Position numbers and translations under genes: made by a program. The notes below the pieces were generated by a model. That model did not search any database. It was not told the DNA's origin and was given only the letters and a program-made list of their open reading frames with translations. From positions 896,001-960,000 of the forward strand of contig CAWDVE010000010.1 of assembly GCA_963805625.1 (NCBI GenBank): a stretch of 64,000 nt of DNA, in the 5' to 3' direction. Below are positions 54,808 to 63,929 of the stretch, piece by piece (the first letter of the stretch is position 1; each line of letters begins with the position of its first letter). Source of the stretch: an uncultured Candidatus Rokubacteria bacterium. GTDB lineage: Bacteria > Methylomirabilota > Methylomirabilia > Rokubacteriales > DASRDR01.

Positions 54808-56601
54808 ATGGTGATCCACGAGCGCGTCGCGCGACTCCGGAACGAGCTGAGCAAGGACGGCCTCGCGGGCTTCCTCGTCCCGCGAGCCGACGAACACCAG
54901 GGCGAGTACGTGCCGCCCCGGGCCCAGCGCCTCGCCTGGCTCACGGGGTTCACCGGATCCGCGGGGCTCGCGGTGGTCCTGACCGACAGGGCGGCGATCT
55001 TCGTCGACGGCCGGTACACGCTCCAAGTGCGGGACGAAGCTCCCGCTGACGCGTTCGAGTACCACCACGTGACGGAGAGCCCGCCCGCCGAGTGGCTCCG
55101 TCTGCGGCTCCGCCAGGGAGACCGGCTCGGCTATGATCCGTGGCTCCACACAATCGAGAGCGTCGAGCGGCTGCAGACCGTATGCGGCAAGGCGGGCGCC
55201 ACGCTGGTTGCCGTCCCCGAGAACCTCGTGGACCGGATCTGGGACGATCAGCCGCCGCCGCCCCGCGGGCCGATCGTCCCCCACGACCTGAAGCACGCCG
55301 GGCGGCCCTCCCCGGACAAGCGGCATGAGATCGGCGAGCTCCTGGCGCACGACGCCGTCGACGCGGTGGTCCTCGCCGCTCCCGACTCGATCGCGTGGCT
55401 CCTCAACGTCCGGGGCAGCGACGTCGTCCACACGCCGCTTCCGCTCGCGTTCGCGGTGGTGCACCGCGACACGACCGTGGATCTCTTCGTGGATCCGGAC
55501 AAGCCCGCGCCTGGCCTCCTGGAGCACCTCGGCGAGGGGGTGCGCGTGCTGGCTGGGGATGCGCTCGGCCCTGCCCTGGACCGCCTGGGGGCGACACGCC
55601 GGACGGTCCAGGTCGATCCGAGCTCGACGGCGGCGTGGATCATCGCGCGCCTCACCGCCGCCGGCGCGACGGTGACGCGGGCGGCCGACCCCTGCCTCCT
55701 CCCCAAGGCCACCAAGAACGACGTGGAGCTGGCCGGGGCCCGCAGCGCCCACGAGAAGGACGGCATCGCGCTCGCTCGCTTCCTCGCCTGGCTCGCCCGT
55801 GAGGGACCGGCGGGACGCCTCACCGAGATCACCGCGGCCGAGCATCTGGACGCGCTGCGCGCGGAGGAGCCCCTCTTCCGCGACGTGAGCTTCCCCACGA
55901 TCTCGGGCGCGGGGCCGAATGGCGCCGTCGTCCACTACCGCGCGACGCCGCGCACGGACCGGCGGATCGAGGGCGGGATGCTGTATCTGGTCGATTCCGG
56001 GGCGCAGTATCTCGACGGAACGACTGACGTGACCCGGACCGTCGCCATCGGCCCGCCGACGGCCGAGCAGCGGGACCGGTTCACGCGGGTCCTCCGGGGC
56101 CACATCGCGCTCGCCATGGCGCGCTTCCCGCAAGGAACGACCGGATCCCAGCTCGACGCCCTGGCCCGCGCCCCGCTCTGGGACGCCGGCCTGGACTACG
56201 ACCATGGCACGGGCCACGGGGTGGGCAGCTACCTGTCGGTCCACGAAGGTCCGCAGCGGATCTCCAAGGTGGGCAACAACGTGGCGCTCCGCCCCGGGAT
56301 GATCGTCTCCAACGAGCCCGGCTACTACAAGACCGGGGAATACGGGATCCGCATCGAGAGCCTGGTCGTCGTCGCGCCCGTGCCATCGCCGCGCGGCGGC
56401 GAGGTCACCCTCTACGGCTTCGAGACGCTGACGCTCGCACCGATCGACCGCACTCTCGTCGACCCGGGGCTCCTCACGCCCGCGGAGATCGCCTGGCTCG
56501 ACGCCTACCACGCGCGCGTGCGGGAGGCGATCACGCCGAAGGTCGACCGGGAGACCGCCGTGTGGCTGGCCCAGGCCACGCAGCCGCTCACGCCTCCCTG
56601 A
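54808..56601 (+). CDS. Xaa-Pro aminopeptidase (aminopeptidase P, M24B)
   Basis: DEHQGEY, GFTGSAG, DSGAQYLDGTTDVTRT, HGTGHGVG...VHEGP, SNEPGYY, GIRIE. Confidence 0.95.
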   Translation: MVIHERVARLRNELSKDGLAGFLVPRADEHQGEYVPPRAQRLAWLTGFTGSAGLAVVLTDRAAIFVDGRYTLQVRDEAPADAFEYHHVTESPPAEWLRLRLRQGDRLGYDPWLHTIESVERLQTVCGKAGATLVAVPENLVDRIWDDQPPPPRGPIVPHDLKHAGRPSPDKRHEIGELLAHDAVDAVVLAAPDSIAWLLNVRGSDVVHTPLPLAFAVVHRDTTVDLFVDPDKPAPGLLEHLGEGVRVLAGDALGPALDRLGATRRTVQVDPSSTAAWIIARLTAAGATVTRAADPCLLPKATKNDVELAGARSAHEKDGIALARFLAWLAREGPAGRLTEITAAEHLDALRAEEPLFRDVSFPTISGAGPNGAVVHYRATPRTDRRIEGGMLYLVDSGAQYLDGTTDVTRTVAIGPPTAEQRDRFTRVLRGHIALAMARFPQGTTGSQLDALARAPLWDAGLDYDHGTGHGVGSYLSVHEGPQRISKVGNNVALRPGMIVSNEPGYYKTGEYGIRIESLVVVAPVPSPRGGEVTLYGFETLTLAPIDRTLVDPGLLTPAEIAWLDAYHARVREAITPKVDRETAVWLAQATQPLTPP

Positions 56602-56659
56602 AGCCGGCGTAGCGGCGCGGGCTCCGAGCCTCCGCCGCGGGCACGACGACCCGACGGCT

Positions 56660-57022
56660 CTAGATCCGCTCCTCCTGTCTCACGGTCCGCTCCTCCACAA
56701 CGTTCCCCGTGTTCAGTGTGGTCCTGGGCTCGAGAAGCACCACGTGAACCTCGTCGGTCAGGGCGAGCGGGCAGTGCTCCACGCCCCTCGGGATGATAAT
56801 CAGCTCGCCCGGCCCGAGGTCCCGGTCGCCATCACGGAGCTGCATGCGAAGACGTCCCTCGATCACGAGGAACAGCTCGTCCTCCGCCTCGTGGTGGTGC
56901 CAGACGAATTCACCCTTGAGCTTGACCAGCTTCACGTAGCTGTCGTTCAGCTCGCCCGCGATCCGCGGATTCCAGTAGTCATGGATGCGGGCGAACTTCT
57001 CCCCGAGGTTCACGATCTCCAC
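56660..57022 (-). CDS. Cupin domain protein
   Basis: GEFVWHHHEAEDELF, PRGVEHCP. GAGGAGG RBS before GTG 57022. Confidence 0.9.
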   Translation of the reverse strand: MEIVNLGEKFARIHDYWNPRIAGELNDSYVKLVKLKGEFVWHHHEAEDELFLVIEGRLRMQLRDGDRDLGPGELIIIPRGVEHCPLALTDEVHVVLLEPRTTLNTGNVVEERTVRQEERI

Positions 57023-57094
57023 GAGAGCCTCCTCGACCGGCACGCTGTGGTTCGCGTCACTTCCCTGCGCCTGGGACCGGAATCCCGAGCTCGC

Positions 57095-57508
57095 TCAGTC
57101 GAGCCCCCAGCTCCGCACGCGCGAAGGGACGATACGGAACATCACGCGGTCCGCCGGCATGGCCCGCCCGCCCCAGCGCCGCTCGAGGTACGGGCGGTAC
57201 TTCTCCACGAAACGCTCGGCCAGCACCCGCCGCTCGGGCCCGTCCGACAGGAACTCCGCCCGCCCGTGCACGCTGACGCCGCGCACGTCGCCGGTCACAC
57301 CGCCTTCGGCGATCACGCAGACGCGCGGGTCGCGGTGGAGATTGCGGACCTTCTGGGTCCCCGCGACACTGATCATGGTCAAGACCGCCGGGTCCTGAAG
57401 AAACCACATCGGCATCGCGAGCGGCGCGCCGTCCGCCTGCACGGTCGCGAGCACGACGACCTCCTTGGTGGCGAGAAACTCCTGGATCCGACCCTGGGCG
57501 AGGCTCAT
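57095..57508 (-). CDS. Pyridoxamine 5'-phosphate oxidase-like (PPOX class, possibly F420-dependent) protein
   Basis: LATVQADGAP..PMWF, KVRNLHRDPRV, GRAE, SW terminus. Confidence 0.85.
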   Translation of the reverse strand: MSLAQGRIQEFLATKEVVVLATVQADGAPLAMPMWFLQDPAVLTMISVAGTQKVRNLHRDPRVCVIAEGGVTGDVRGVSVHGRAEFLSDGPERRVLAERFVEKYRPYLERRWGGRAMPADRVMFRIVPSRVRSWGLD

Positions 57509-57543
57509 GGCTTGCCCACTCCTTCCGTCCGCACGGACGGCGT

Positions 57544-57985
57544 CTACCGCATCTCACGGCCGCCTGGCGCCAAGGTTCCTCGAACCGACCCGCCCGCGGG
57601 CAGGACGATCACGGCGAGGCCGCCGAGGATCAGAGCCATTCCAGCGTAGCGCATCGGGCTGAAGGCCTCCTGGAAGATCAGCGCGGACGACAGCAGGCCC
57701 GTGCATGGCGCGATGAGGGCGAACGGCGCCACCGCAACGGCCGGATAGCGCTGGAGCAGGCTCCCCCAGCTGGCATAGGCCACGACGGTGGCCATGACTC
57801 CCAGATAGACCACGGCCCCGATGCTGAGCCACGACGCGCTCGAGATGGCGTCCAGGAGGGACGGGCGCGGATCGTAGAACGCCGACGCCAGGAGGGGGAC
57901 GGCAGCGGCGGGACGAGGCTCGCCCACACGACCAGCGGGAAGATCGGGACGCTGGCCGCGCGCTTGACCAGAAAGATGCGGCCTC
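57544..57985 (-). pseudogene. C-terminal remnant of an EamA (cysteine/O-acetylserine exporter-like) transporter
   Basis: LVKRA..LVVWASLVPPLP, frameshift near 57895, then YLGVMATVVAY..WGSLLQRYP..VAPFAL. N-terminal half absent. Confidence 0.7.
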
Positions 57986-58329
57986 GACGACGTCGCGCCG
58001 GAGGCGGACGATCACCTCGTCCTGGGGCTCGGCGCCGCTGTTGCCGACCTCGAGGCGGTAGATGAAGGTGCAGCCGTGCTGCCCGCACATCGTGAGCGGG
58101 GGCTCCGGCTGGTAGCGCCACGACGCCCGCCTCCACCAACGCCCGGCGGCACCAGCGCGCCCAGTCCCGCACGCGCCGAGGGTATCACGCGCATCCGCGG
58201 AACCCGCCCGAGTCCGAGTCCGCACCGCGCGTGGGGCTTGTCGGCGCTCGCGTCCTCGGTCAGACTGTCGTCTTGCGGCCCAAGGCGCAAATCGTCCCGC
58301 TACGGGACAGGGCCCGATGCGAAGAGACG

Positions 58330-58671
58330 ATGACAACGACGGGCGGCGACCAAGCGATGGTGCTCCTCGTGGAGCTCTTCGTCCATCCGGGCCGCGAGGC
58401 CGAGCTAAGCCGCTTCGAGACGGATGCGGCCCGCATCATGCGCCGCCACAGCGGTCGGATCGACCGGGTGGTCCGGCCGACGGGCCGGGCGCACGGCGCC
58501 ATCTTCCCGCACGAGATCCATCTCGTCTCGTTCGCCAGCGCCGCCGCCTTCGAGGGGTACCGGGCCGACCCCGAGCTCCTGGCGCTGGCCCCGCTCCGGG
58601 GATCGGCCATCGCCCGAACGGAGGTCACCATGGGGATCGACGGCGAGCCGTACCTGGACGGCTCACCATGA
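58330..58671 (+). CDS. Small dimeric alpha/beta barrel protein (DUF1330-like)
   Basis: IMRRHSGRI, EIHLVSFAS..AFEGYRADP. Stop overlaps the SDR start (ATGA). Confidence 0.65.
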   Translation: MTTTGGDQAMVLLVELFVHPGREAELSRFETDAARIMRRHSGRIDRVVRPTGRAHGAIFPHEIHLVSFASAAAFEGYRADPELLALAPLRGSAIARTEVTMGIDGEPYLDGSP

Positions 58672-59432
58672 GCGGACGGCTCTCCGGTAAGGTCGCCATC
58701 GTCACCGGGGGCGCCTCGGGAATCGGGCGGGCAACGTGCCGCCTCTTCGGGCGCGAGGACGCCGCGGTGCTCGTGGCGGACATCGACGAGACGGGGGGCC
58801 GGGCCGTCGCCGAGGAGATCGCCCGCGCGGGCGGTCGGGCGACATTCATTCGCCTCGACGTCACCCGAGAGGCCGACTGGACCTCGGCGATCGAGCATGA
58901 CCTCCGCCAGTACGGGCGCCTCGACGTGCTCGTCAACAACGCCGGGCGCGGAGGCCTCCCCGCCCGCGTGACCGCCGAGCACGTCGCCCTCGACGACTGG
59001 GACCTCATCATGGCCGCGAACGCGACGAGCGTCATGCTCGGCACGAAGCACGCGATCCCGGCGATGCGCCGGACGGGCGGCGGCACGATCGTGAACGTCG
59101 TGTCCATCTACGCCCTCGTCGGCAGCCGCTCGGGCACCTCCTATCATGCTTCGAAAGGGGCGGCCCGCGCGCTGACGCGCGCCACGGCCATCCAGTACGC
59201 GCCGGAGGGCATCCGGATCAACGCGGTGTTCCCGGGCTTCGTCGAGACCGGCATGACCGCCGAGCTTCACGCACGGCCCGGTGTCCGGGAGGAGCGGGTG
59301 GCGCTGACGCCGCTCGGGCGCGTCGCCGAGCCGGAGGACATCGCGCCTGGGATTCTCTACCTCGCCTCCGACGACTCGAGCTTCGTGACGGGCACGGAGC
59401 TCGTGATCGACGGGGGCATGACGGCCCGCTGA
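58668..59432 (+). CDS. Short-chain dehydrogenase/reductase
   Basis: TGGASGIG, NNAG, YHASKG, DGG. Confidence 0.95.
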   Translation: MSGRLSGKVAIVTGGASGIGRATCRLFGREDAAVLVADIDETGGRAVAEEIARAGGRATFIRLDVTREADWTSAIEHDLRQYGRLDVLVNNAGRGGLPARVTAEHVALDDWDLIMAANATSVMLGTKHAIPAMRRTGGGTIVNVVSIYALVGSRSGTSYHASKGAARALTRATAIQYAPEGIRINAVFPGFVETGMTAELHARPGVREERVALTPLGRVAEPEDIAPGILYLASDDSSFVTGTELVIDGGMTAR

Positions 59433-59457
59433 CCGGCGGCGTATCGGGAGAGGCGCG

Positions 59458-60237
59458 GTGGCATCCGACGAGATCCTGGTCGCGCGGGACGGGCCGGTCC
59501 TGACCCTCACATTCAACCGGCCGGCGGCCCGGAACGCACTCACGTGGGGCATGTACGAGGGCCTGACCCGGGCCTGCGAGGAAGTCGACGCCGACGACTC
59601 GATCCAGGTGCTGATGCTCCGCGGCGCGGGAGGCCAGGCGTTCGTCGCGGGCACCGACATCGGGCAGTTCCAGGCCTTCTCCGGGGCGGAGGACGGCATC
59701 ACCTACGAGCGTGACGGCGACCGGCGCATCGACCGCCTCGCGGCGGTCCGGAAGCCCGTCATCGCGGCGATCCAGGGCTTCGCGATCGGCGCCGGCCTGC
59801 GCATCGCCGCGGCGTGCGACATCCGGATCGCCACGCCCGACGCCCGCTTTGGCGCCCCCATCGCGCGCACCCTAGGCAACTGCCTGTCCGCCCAGGCGTA
59901 CGCGGGACTCGTCGACCTCCTGGGGCCGTCGCGGGTCACGGCGCTCCTCTTCACGGCCAAGCTCCTCAGCGCCCAGGAGGCGCACGCCGCGGGATTCGTC
60001 CACGAGATCGTCGCGCCGGAGGAGCTCGACGCGCGTGCCCGGGCGCTCGCCCAGGAGATCGCCAGCCACGCCCCCGTCACGCTCCGTGTGACGAAGGAGG
60101 CCCTCCGCCGCATCCGGTCGGCTCGACCCGCTCCCGACATCGACGATCTGATCTCCGAGACATACGGCAGCGCGGACTTCCACGAGGGCGTCCGCGCGTT
60201 TCTCGAGAAGCGCACCCCTCAGTGGAAAGGTCGCTAG
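59458..60237 (+). CDS. Enoyl-CoA hydratase/isomerase family protein
   Basis: FNRPAARNAL, AFVAGTDI, KPVIAAIQG, DFHEGVRAFLEKR. Confidence 0.92.
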   Translation: MASDEILVARDGPVLTLTFNRPAARNALTWGMYEGLTRACEEVDADDSIQVLMLRGAGGQAFVAGTDIGQFQAFSGAEDGITYERDGDRRIDRLAAVRKPVIAAIQGFAIGAGLRIAAACDIRIATPDARFGAPIARTLGNCLSAQAYAGLVDLLGPSRVTALLFTAKLLSAQEAHAAGFVHEIVAPEELDARARALAQEIASHAPVTLRVTKEALRRIRSARPAPDIDDLISETYGSADFHEGVRAFLEKRTPQWKGR

Positions 60238-60239
60238 GC

Positions 60240-61889
60240 ATGACGACGCCTCAGGCCGCTCCCGCACCCCACGAGACCTACGCCACGCGGTTCAGCTTCC
60301 GGCCCGTCGCCCTCGGGCGACGCGGCATGGTGGCGACCGCGAACCCGCTCGCCACCCTCGCCGGTCTCCGCATGTTCGCCCGCGGCGGGAACGCGGTCGA
60401 CGCCCTGGTCGCGGCGGCCGCCGCCATCGGCGTTGCGGAGCCCTACATGTCCGGCCTCGCCGGGTGTGGCGTCCTCGTGCTCACCCACCCCGACCACCGG
60501 CCGCAGGTCCTCAACTTCTTGGGCCGCGCGCCGTCCGGCACGACCCGCGAGCGGCTCCACGGCGCCAACCACACGAGCGGGCCGCTGTCCGTGGCCGTCC
60601 CCGGTAACCTCGCCGGGTGGGCGCGGGTTCTCGCCGATCACGGTACGCTGCCGCTCAGCGACGTGCTCGAGCCCGCCGCCGAGCTGGCCGAGGCCGGTCC
60701 GCCGCTGACCCCGTTCGACCGGCAGATGTTCGACGAGCATCTCACCCACCTGGACGCGGAAGCCGTCCGTACCTATCTCCACGGCGGCCGCACACCGGGC
60801 GTCGGCGCACCGCTCGCCCAGCCGAACCTCGCCGCCGCGTTCCGGCGGATCGGCCGCGAGGGCATCCAGGCCGTCTACGGCGGACCCTTCGGCGACGGGA
60901 TCGTGGCAGCGCTGGGCGGTGTCATGACCCGACGCGACCTCGAGGCATACCCGGAGCGGCTCGGGTGGGACGACCCGATCACGACGACCTACCGGGACGT
61001 GGAGGTGTTCGCGCCGGCGCCGCCGTCGAGCGGCTCGCAGGTCATCCAGACGCTCAACGGGATGGCCGGGTGGAACGTGGGCTCCTTCGAGCACCTCGGA
61101 CCGGACCACCTCGCCGTCATCGCCGAAGCCGCGCGCGCCGCGCGCCTCGACACCCATCGCCATATCGGCGATCCCGATGTTGTGGCAGTGCCGGTCGAGC
61201 GACTCCTGAGTCCCGCACGGACCGAGGCCCTCCGGGCCGAGATGCGGGCACGCCTCGACGCGCCGCGCCGGCCCGTCGCGGTGGCAGGCGGGAGCGATGC
61301 AAGCGGCGGAGCATCGACGACCCACCTGGCCGCGATGGACTCGAGCGGCCTCGCCGTCAACGTCACCCAGAGCCTCGGCAACGGCTTCGGGAGCGGGATC
61401 GTCGTCCCGGGCACCGGGATCTGCCTCAACAACGCGCTCCACTGGACGAGCACCGACCCGGGCCACCCGAACGTCGTGCAGCCGGGCAAGCGCCACGAGT
61501 GGCCAGTGGCGCCGATCCAGCTCTTCCGCGGGGGAAAGCTCTGGGGAACCGTGGGCACACCGGGGAGCTACGGCATCCTGGTGACAACCGTGCAGGTGCT
61601 GGCCAATCTCATCGACTTCGGCTTGAACGTCCAGGACGCGATCGGAGCGCCTCGATTCCGCTGGCTGGACGAGGCGATCGATCCGCTCCCGGCGGACAGG
61701 CTCCGGATCGAGTCGCGGGTCCCCGAGGCGACGCGCCGGGCGTTAGCCGCCCGCGGCTACGGGCTCGAGGTGATGGGCCCCTGGTCCATGCGGGTGGGCG
61801 GCGTTCAGGCCATCCTCCGCGACCAGGCGACCGGCTGGCTCATGGGCGGCGCCGATCCCCGCCGGAACGGCTACGCGATGGGGTGGTAA
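60240..61889 (+). CDS. ggt: Gamma-glutamyltransferase family Ntn-hydrolase
   Basis: GGNAVDA, VAVPG, TTH nucleophile, GFGSG, GTPG, GGADPRRNG. No signal peptide. Confidence 0.9.
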   Translation: MTTPQAAPAPHETYATRFSFRPVALGRRGMVATANPLATLAGLRMFARGGNAVDALVAAAAAIGVAEPYMSGLAGCGVLVLTHPDHRPQVLNFLGRAPSGTTRERLHGANHTSGPLSVAVPGNLAGWARVLADHGTLPLSDVLEPAAELAEAGPPLTPFDRQMFDEHLTHLDAEAVRTYLHGGRTPGVGAPLAQPNLAAAFRRIGREGIQAVYGGPFGDGIVAALGGVMTRRDLEAYPERLGWDDPITTTYRDVEVFAPAPPSSGSQVIQTLNGMAGWNVGSFEHLGPDHLAVIAEAARAARLDTHRHIGDPDVVAVPVERLLSPARTEALRAEMRARLDAPRRPVAVAGGSDASGGASTTHLAAMDSSGLAVNVTQSLGNGFGSGIVVPGTGICLNNALHWTSTDPGHPNVVQPGKRHEWPVAPIQLFRGGKLWGTVGTPGSYGILVTTVQVLANLIDFGLNVQDAIGAPRFRWLDEAIDPLPADRLRIESRVPEATRRALAARGYGLEVMGPWSMRVGGVQAILRDQATGWLMGGADPRRNGYAMGW

Positions 61890-61966
61890 GCCGTCCCGGC
61901 GGCACCGACGGTCGGACGGGCGTGTGTCGTGAACCGCGCCACGACCGTCGGCCATCCGGGATGGCC
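61890..61966. terminator. Long imperfect hairpin between convergent genes (possible bidirectional terminator)
   Basis: GCCGTCCCGG/CCGGGATGGC outer stem and CCGACGGTCG/CGACCGTCGG perfect inner stem. No U-tracts. Confidence 0.45.
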
Positions 61967-61994
61967 AGAGAGCCCCGGCGGGGTCGGCGCAGCG

Positions 61995-62381
61995 TCAGAA
62001 CATGGTGTTCCCGTTGGTCGACTCCGCCGGGATCGTCTGTAGCACGTCCCAGTGCTCGACGATCTTGCCTCGCTCGTCGAAGCGAAAGATGTCCATGCCG
62101 GCCCAGTCCTCGTCCCCCGGCCACTCCTGGTGGCAATGCAGGACGACGTAATGCCCCTCGGCGATGGTGCGCTTCACGTGCACGCGCTTGCGCGGATGCT
62201 CCTTCGCCATCCGCTCGAAGAACTGGATGAACGCCTCCTTGCCGTCCGCCACGCCGGGGTTGTGCTGGATGTAGACGTCCCCCACGTACTTCCGGACGGC
62301 CTCCGCCGGCTTGCCCTGATTGAACATGAGGTCGTAGAAGGCCATGGCGGTCTGCTTGTTGCGCTCGAGCTGATTGCTCAT
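61995..62381 (-). CDS. NTF2/SnoaL-like protein
   Basis: YIQHNP.VADGK, AEG, DIFRFD..GKIVEHWDVLQ. Confidence 0.9.
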   Translation of the reverse strand: MSNQLERNKQTAMAFYDLMFNQGKPAEAVRKYVGDVYIQHNPGVADGKEAFIQFFERMAKEHPRKRVHVKRTIAEGHYVVLHCHQEWPGDEDWAGMDIFRFDERGKIVEHWDVLQTIPAESTNGNTMF

Positions 62382-62908
62382 CGCTGTGCGCTCTCCCCGC
62401 CCATCCCCGCCGCGGGATCCCTCGACGCGTCGACCAGGCGGCCCCCGGTGACCGCGAGGAGGTCCTGCACCCTCAGCTCGAGATCCACGCCGCGGACGCC
62501 CGCGCTCACGTGGACCCGCTCCCAGCCCGCCGCGCTCCTGTCCACCAGCACCTCGAACGCCCCCGCTCGCACGGCCAGCGCCGAGATCCCGCCGACCTTG
62601 AGACCGGTGAGCTCCTCGGCCTCCCGCTGGCTGGCCATGCGCAGCCGCTTATCCCCCAGCGCGTGCCCGAGGCGTTTCAGGTCGACCTGCCGGTCCGAGG
62701 GCACGAGGACGAGGAGCGGCTTCGCGCGCCCCGTCGTCTCCCGCAGGATGACGAGTGTCTTGAGCACGGAGGCGCCGGGCACCCCCAGGAGGTCGGCCGC
62801 CTCGTCAGCCGAGTGGAACGCTCGCGCGGCGTCGTAGACCCGTACCCGGTGCTCGACGCCCCGCGCCTCGAGGAGCCGCGCGGCGTTGGTCTTCGGCGCG
62901 TCGGTCAT
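62378..62908 (-). CDS. ybaK: YbaK/EbsC family aminoacyl-tRNA deacylase
   Basis: KTNAARLL, KTL, TGLKVGGISAL, VSAGVRG. Confidence 0.85.
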   Translation of the reverse strand: MTDAPKTNAARLLEARGVEHRVRVYDAARAFHSADEAADLLGVPGASVLKTLVILRETTGRAKPLLVLVPSDRQVDLKRLGHALGDKRLRMASQREAEELTGLKVGGISALAVRAGAFEVLVDRSAAGWERVHVSAGVRGVDLELRVQDLLAVTGGRLVDASRDPAAGMGGESAQR

Positions 62909-62930
62909 CGGAGCCGACGGGAGCGCCGGG

Positions 62931-63929
62931 TCAGTAGCCCTGCGTGCGATCGACGACGTTCCGGAGCGGCCGGCCGCCCAGGTAGCGCCGCAGGTTGTCG
63001 AAGAAGATGTCGAGACACCGCGACACGTAGGCTCGCCCGTCGTCGACAGCACAGTGCGGGCTCAGGATGACGTTGGGCGTGGTCCAGAGGTGAGACTCCG
63101 GAGGAAGGGGCTCCTCGTGGAACACATCGAGCACCGCGCCCGACAGCTCCCGGGTCCAGAGCTTCGCGGACAGAGCATCGTAGTCGACCACGGGTCCCCG
63201 CCCCAGGTTCACGAGGCCGGCGTGCCGTGGCAGGCAGTCGAGCTCCTTCGTGCCGATGAGGCCGCGAGTGTCCGGCGTGAGCGGCGTCGTGACGACGACG
63301 AAGTCGGCCTGACGGAGCGCGACGCGCAGTCCCTTCGTGGTGAACATCCGGTGAACCCAGCGGTGCGGCCGGCCGCTCCGGCGCACGCCGAGGACGCGGA
63401 GGCCGAACCGCCGCGCGAGACGCGCCACCTCCCCGCCGATCCGGCCGACCCCGACGATCACCACCGTGCGGCCCGCGATCGGGGTCATGAAGATCGGATC
63501 CCATCGCCGTTCCCGCTGGCGCGTCACGAAGTGCGGCACCCCGTGATTCAGCATGAGGAGCGCGGTCATCGCGTACTCCCCCCCCTTCAGGATGTGGACG
63601 CCGCTCGCGTTGGTCAGGACCACGTGCGGCGGGAGGAGCGACACCAGCTTCTCGACACCCGCGCTCGTCGACTGGATCCACCGGAGGTGCGGCGCCCGGG
63701 TCGCGAGGTCACGCCCGTCGACGTGCGCGGCGACCAGGATCTCCGCCTCGCGGAGCCCCTCCTCGAGAGCCGGCGGGTCGACGCCGAAGGTCACCCGCAG
63801 CCGCCGGCGGAGCTCCGGGACGCCCTTCGCGCCGCTGGCAAACCTGGGAGGCGTCACGGCGTCGTTGGGGCTCAGCGGATCGTTCTGGATGTGCAGGCGA
63901 ATCCGGCGGTCGCGCGGGGGCATCGGCAC
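62931..63929 (-). CDS. D-2-hydroxyacid dehydrogenase family
   Basis: SAGVE, TNASGVH, GVGRIG, PLTPDT, NLGRG, LDVF..EPLP, SPH. Confidence 0.92.
   Translation of the reverse strand: MPMPPRDRRIRLHIQNDPLSPNDAVTPPRFASGAKGVPELRRRLRVTFGVDPPALEEGLREAEILVAAHVDGRDLATRAPHLRWIQSTSAGVEKLVSLLPPHVVLTNASGVHILKGGEYAMTALLMLNHGVPHFVTRQRERRWDPIFMTPIAGRTVVIVGVGRIGGEVARLARRFGLRVLGVRRSGRPHRWVHRMFTTKGLRVALRQADFVVVTTPLTPDTRGLIGTKELDCLPRHAGLVNLGRGPVVDYDALSAKLWTRELSGAVLDVFHEEPLPPESHLWTTPNVILSPHCAVDDGRAYVSRCLDIFFDNLRRYLGGRPLRNVVDRTQGY

Noticed and set aside
17487-62908. RtcB + YbaK + EEP as an RNA repair system
   Set aside because: The genes are tens of kb apart, rtcB is only a fragment, and nothing links them.
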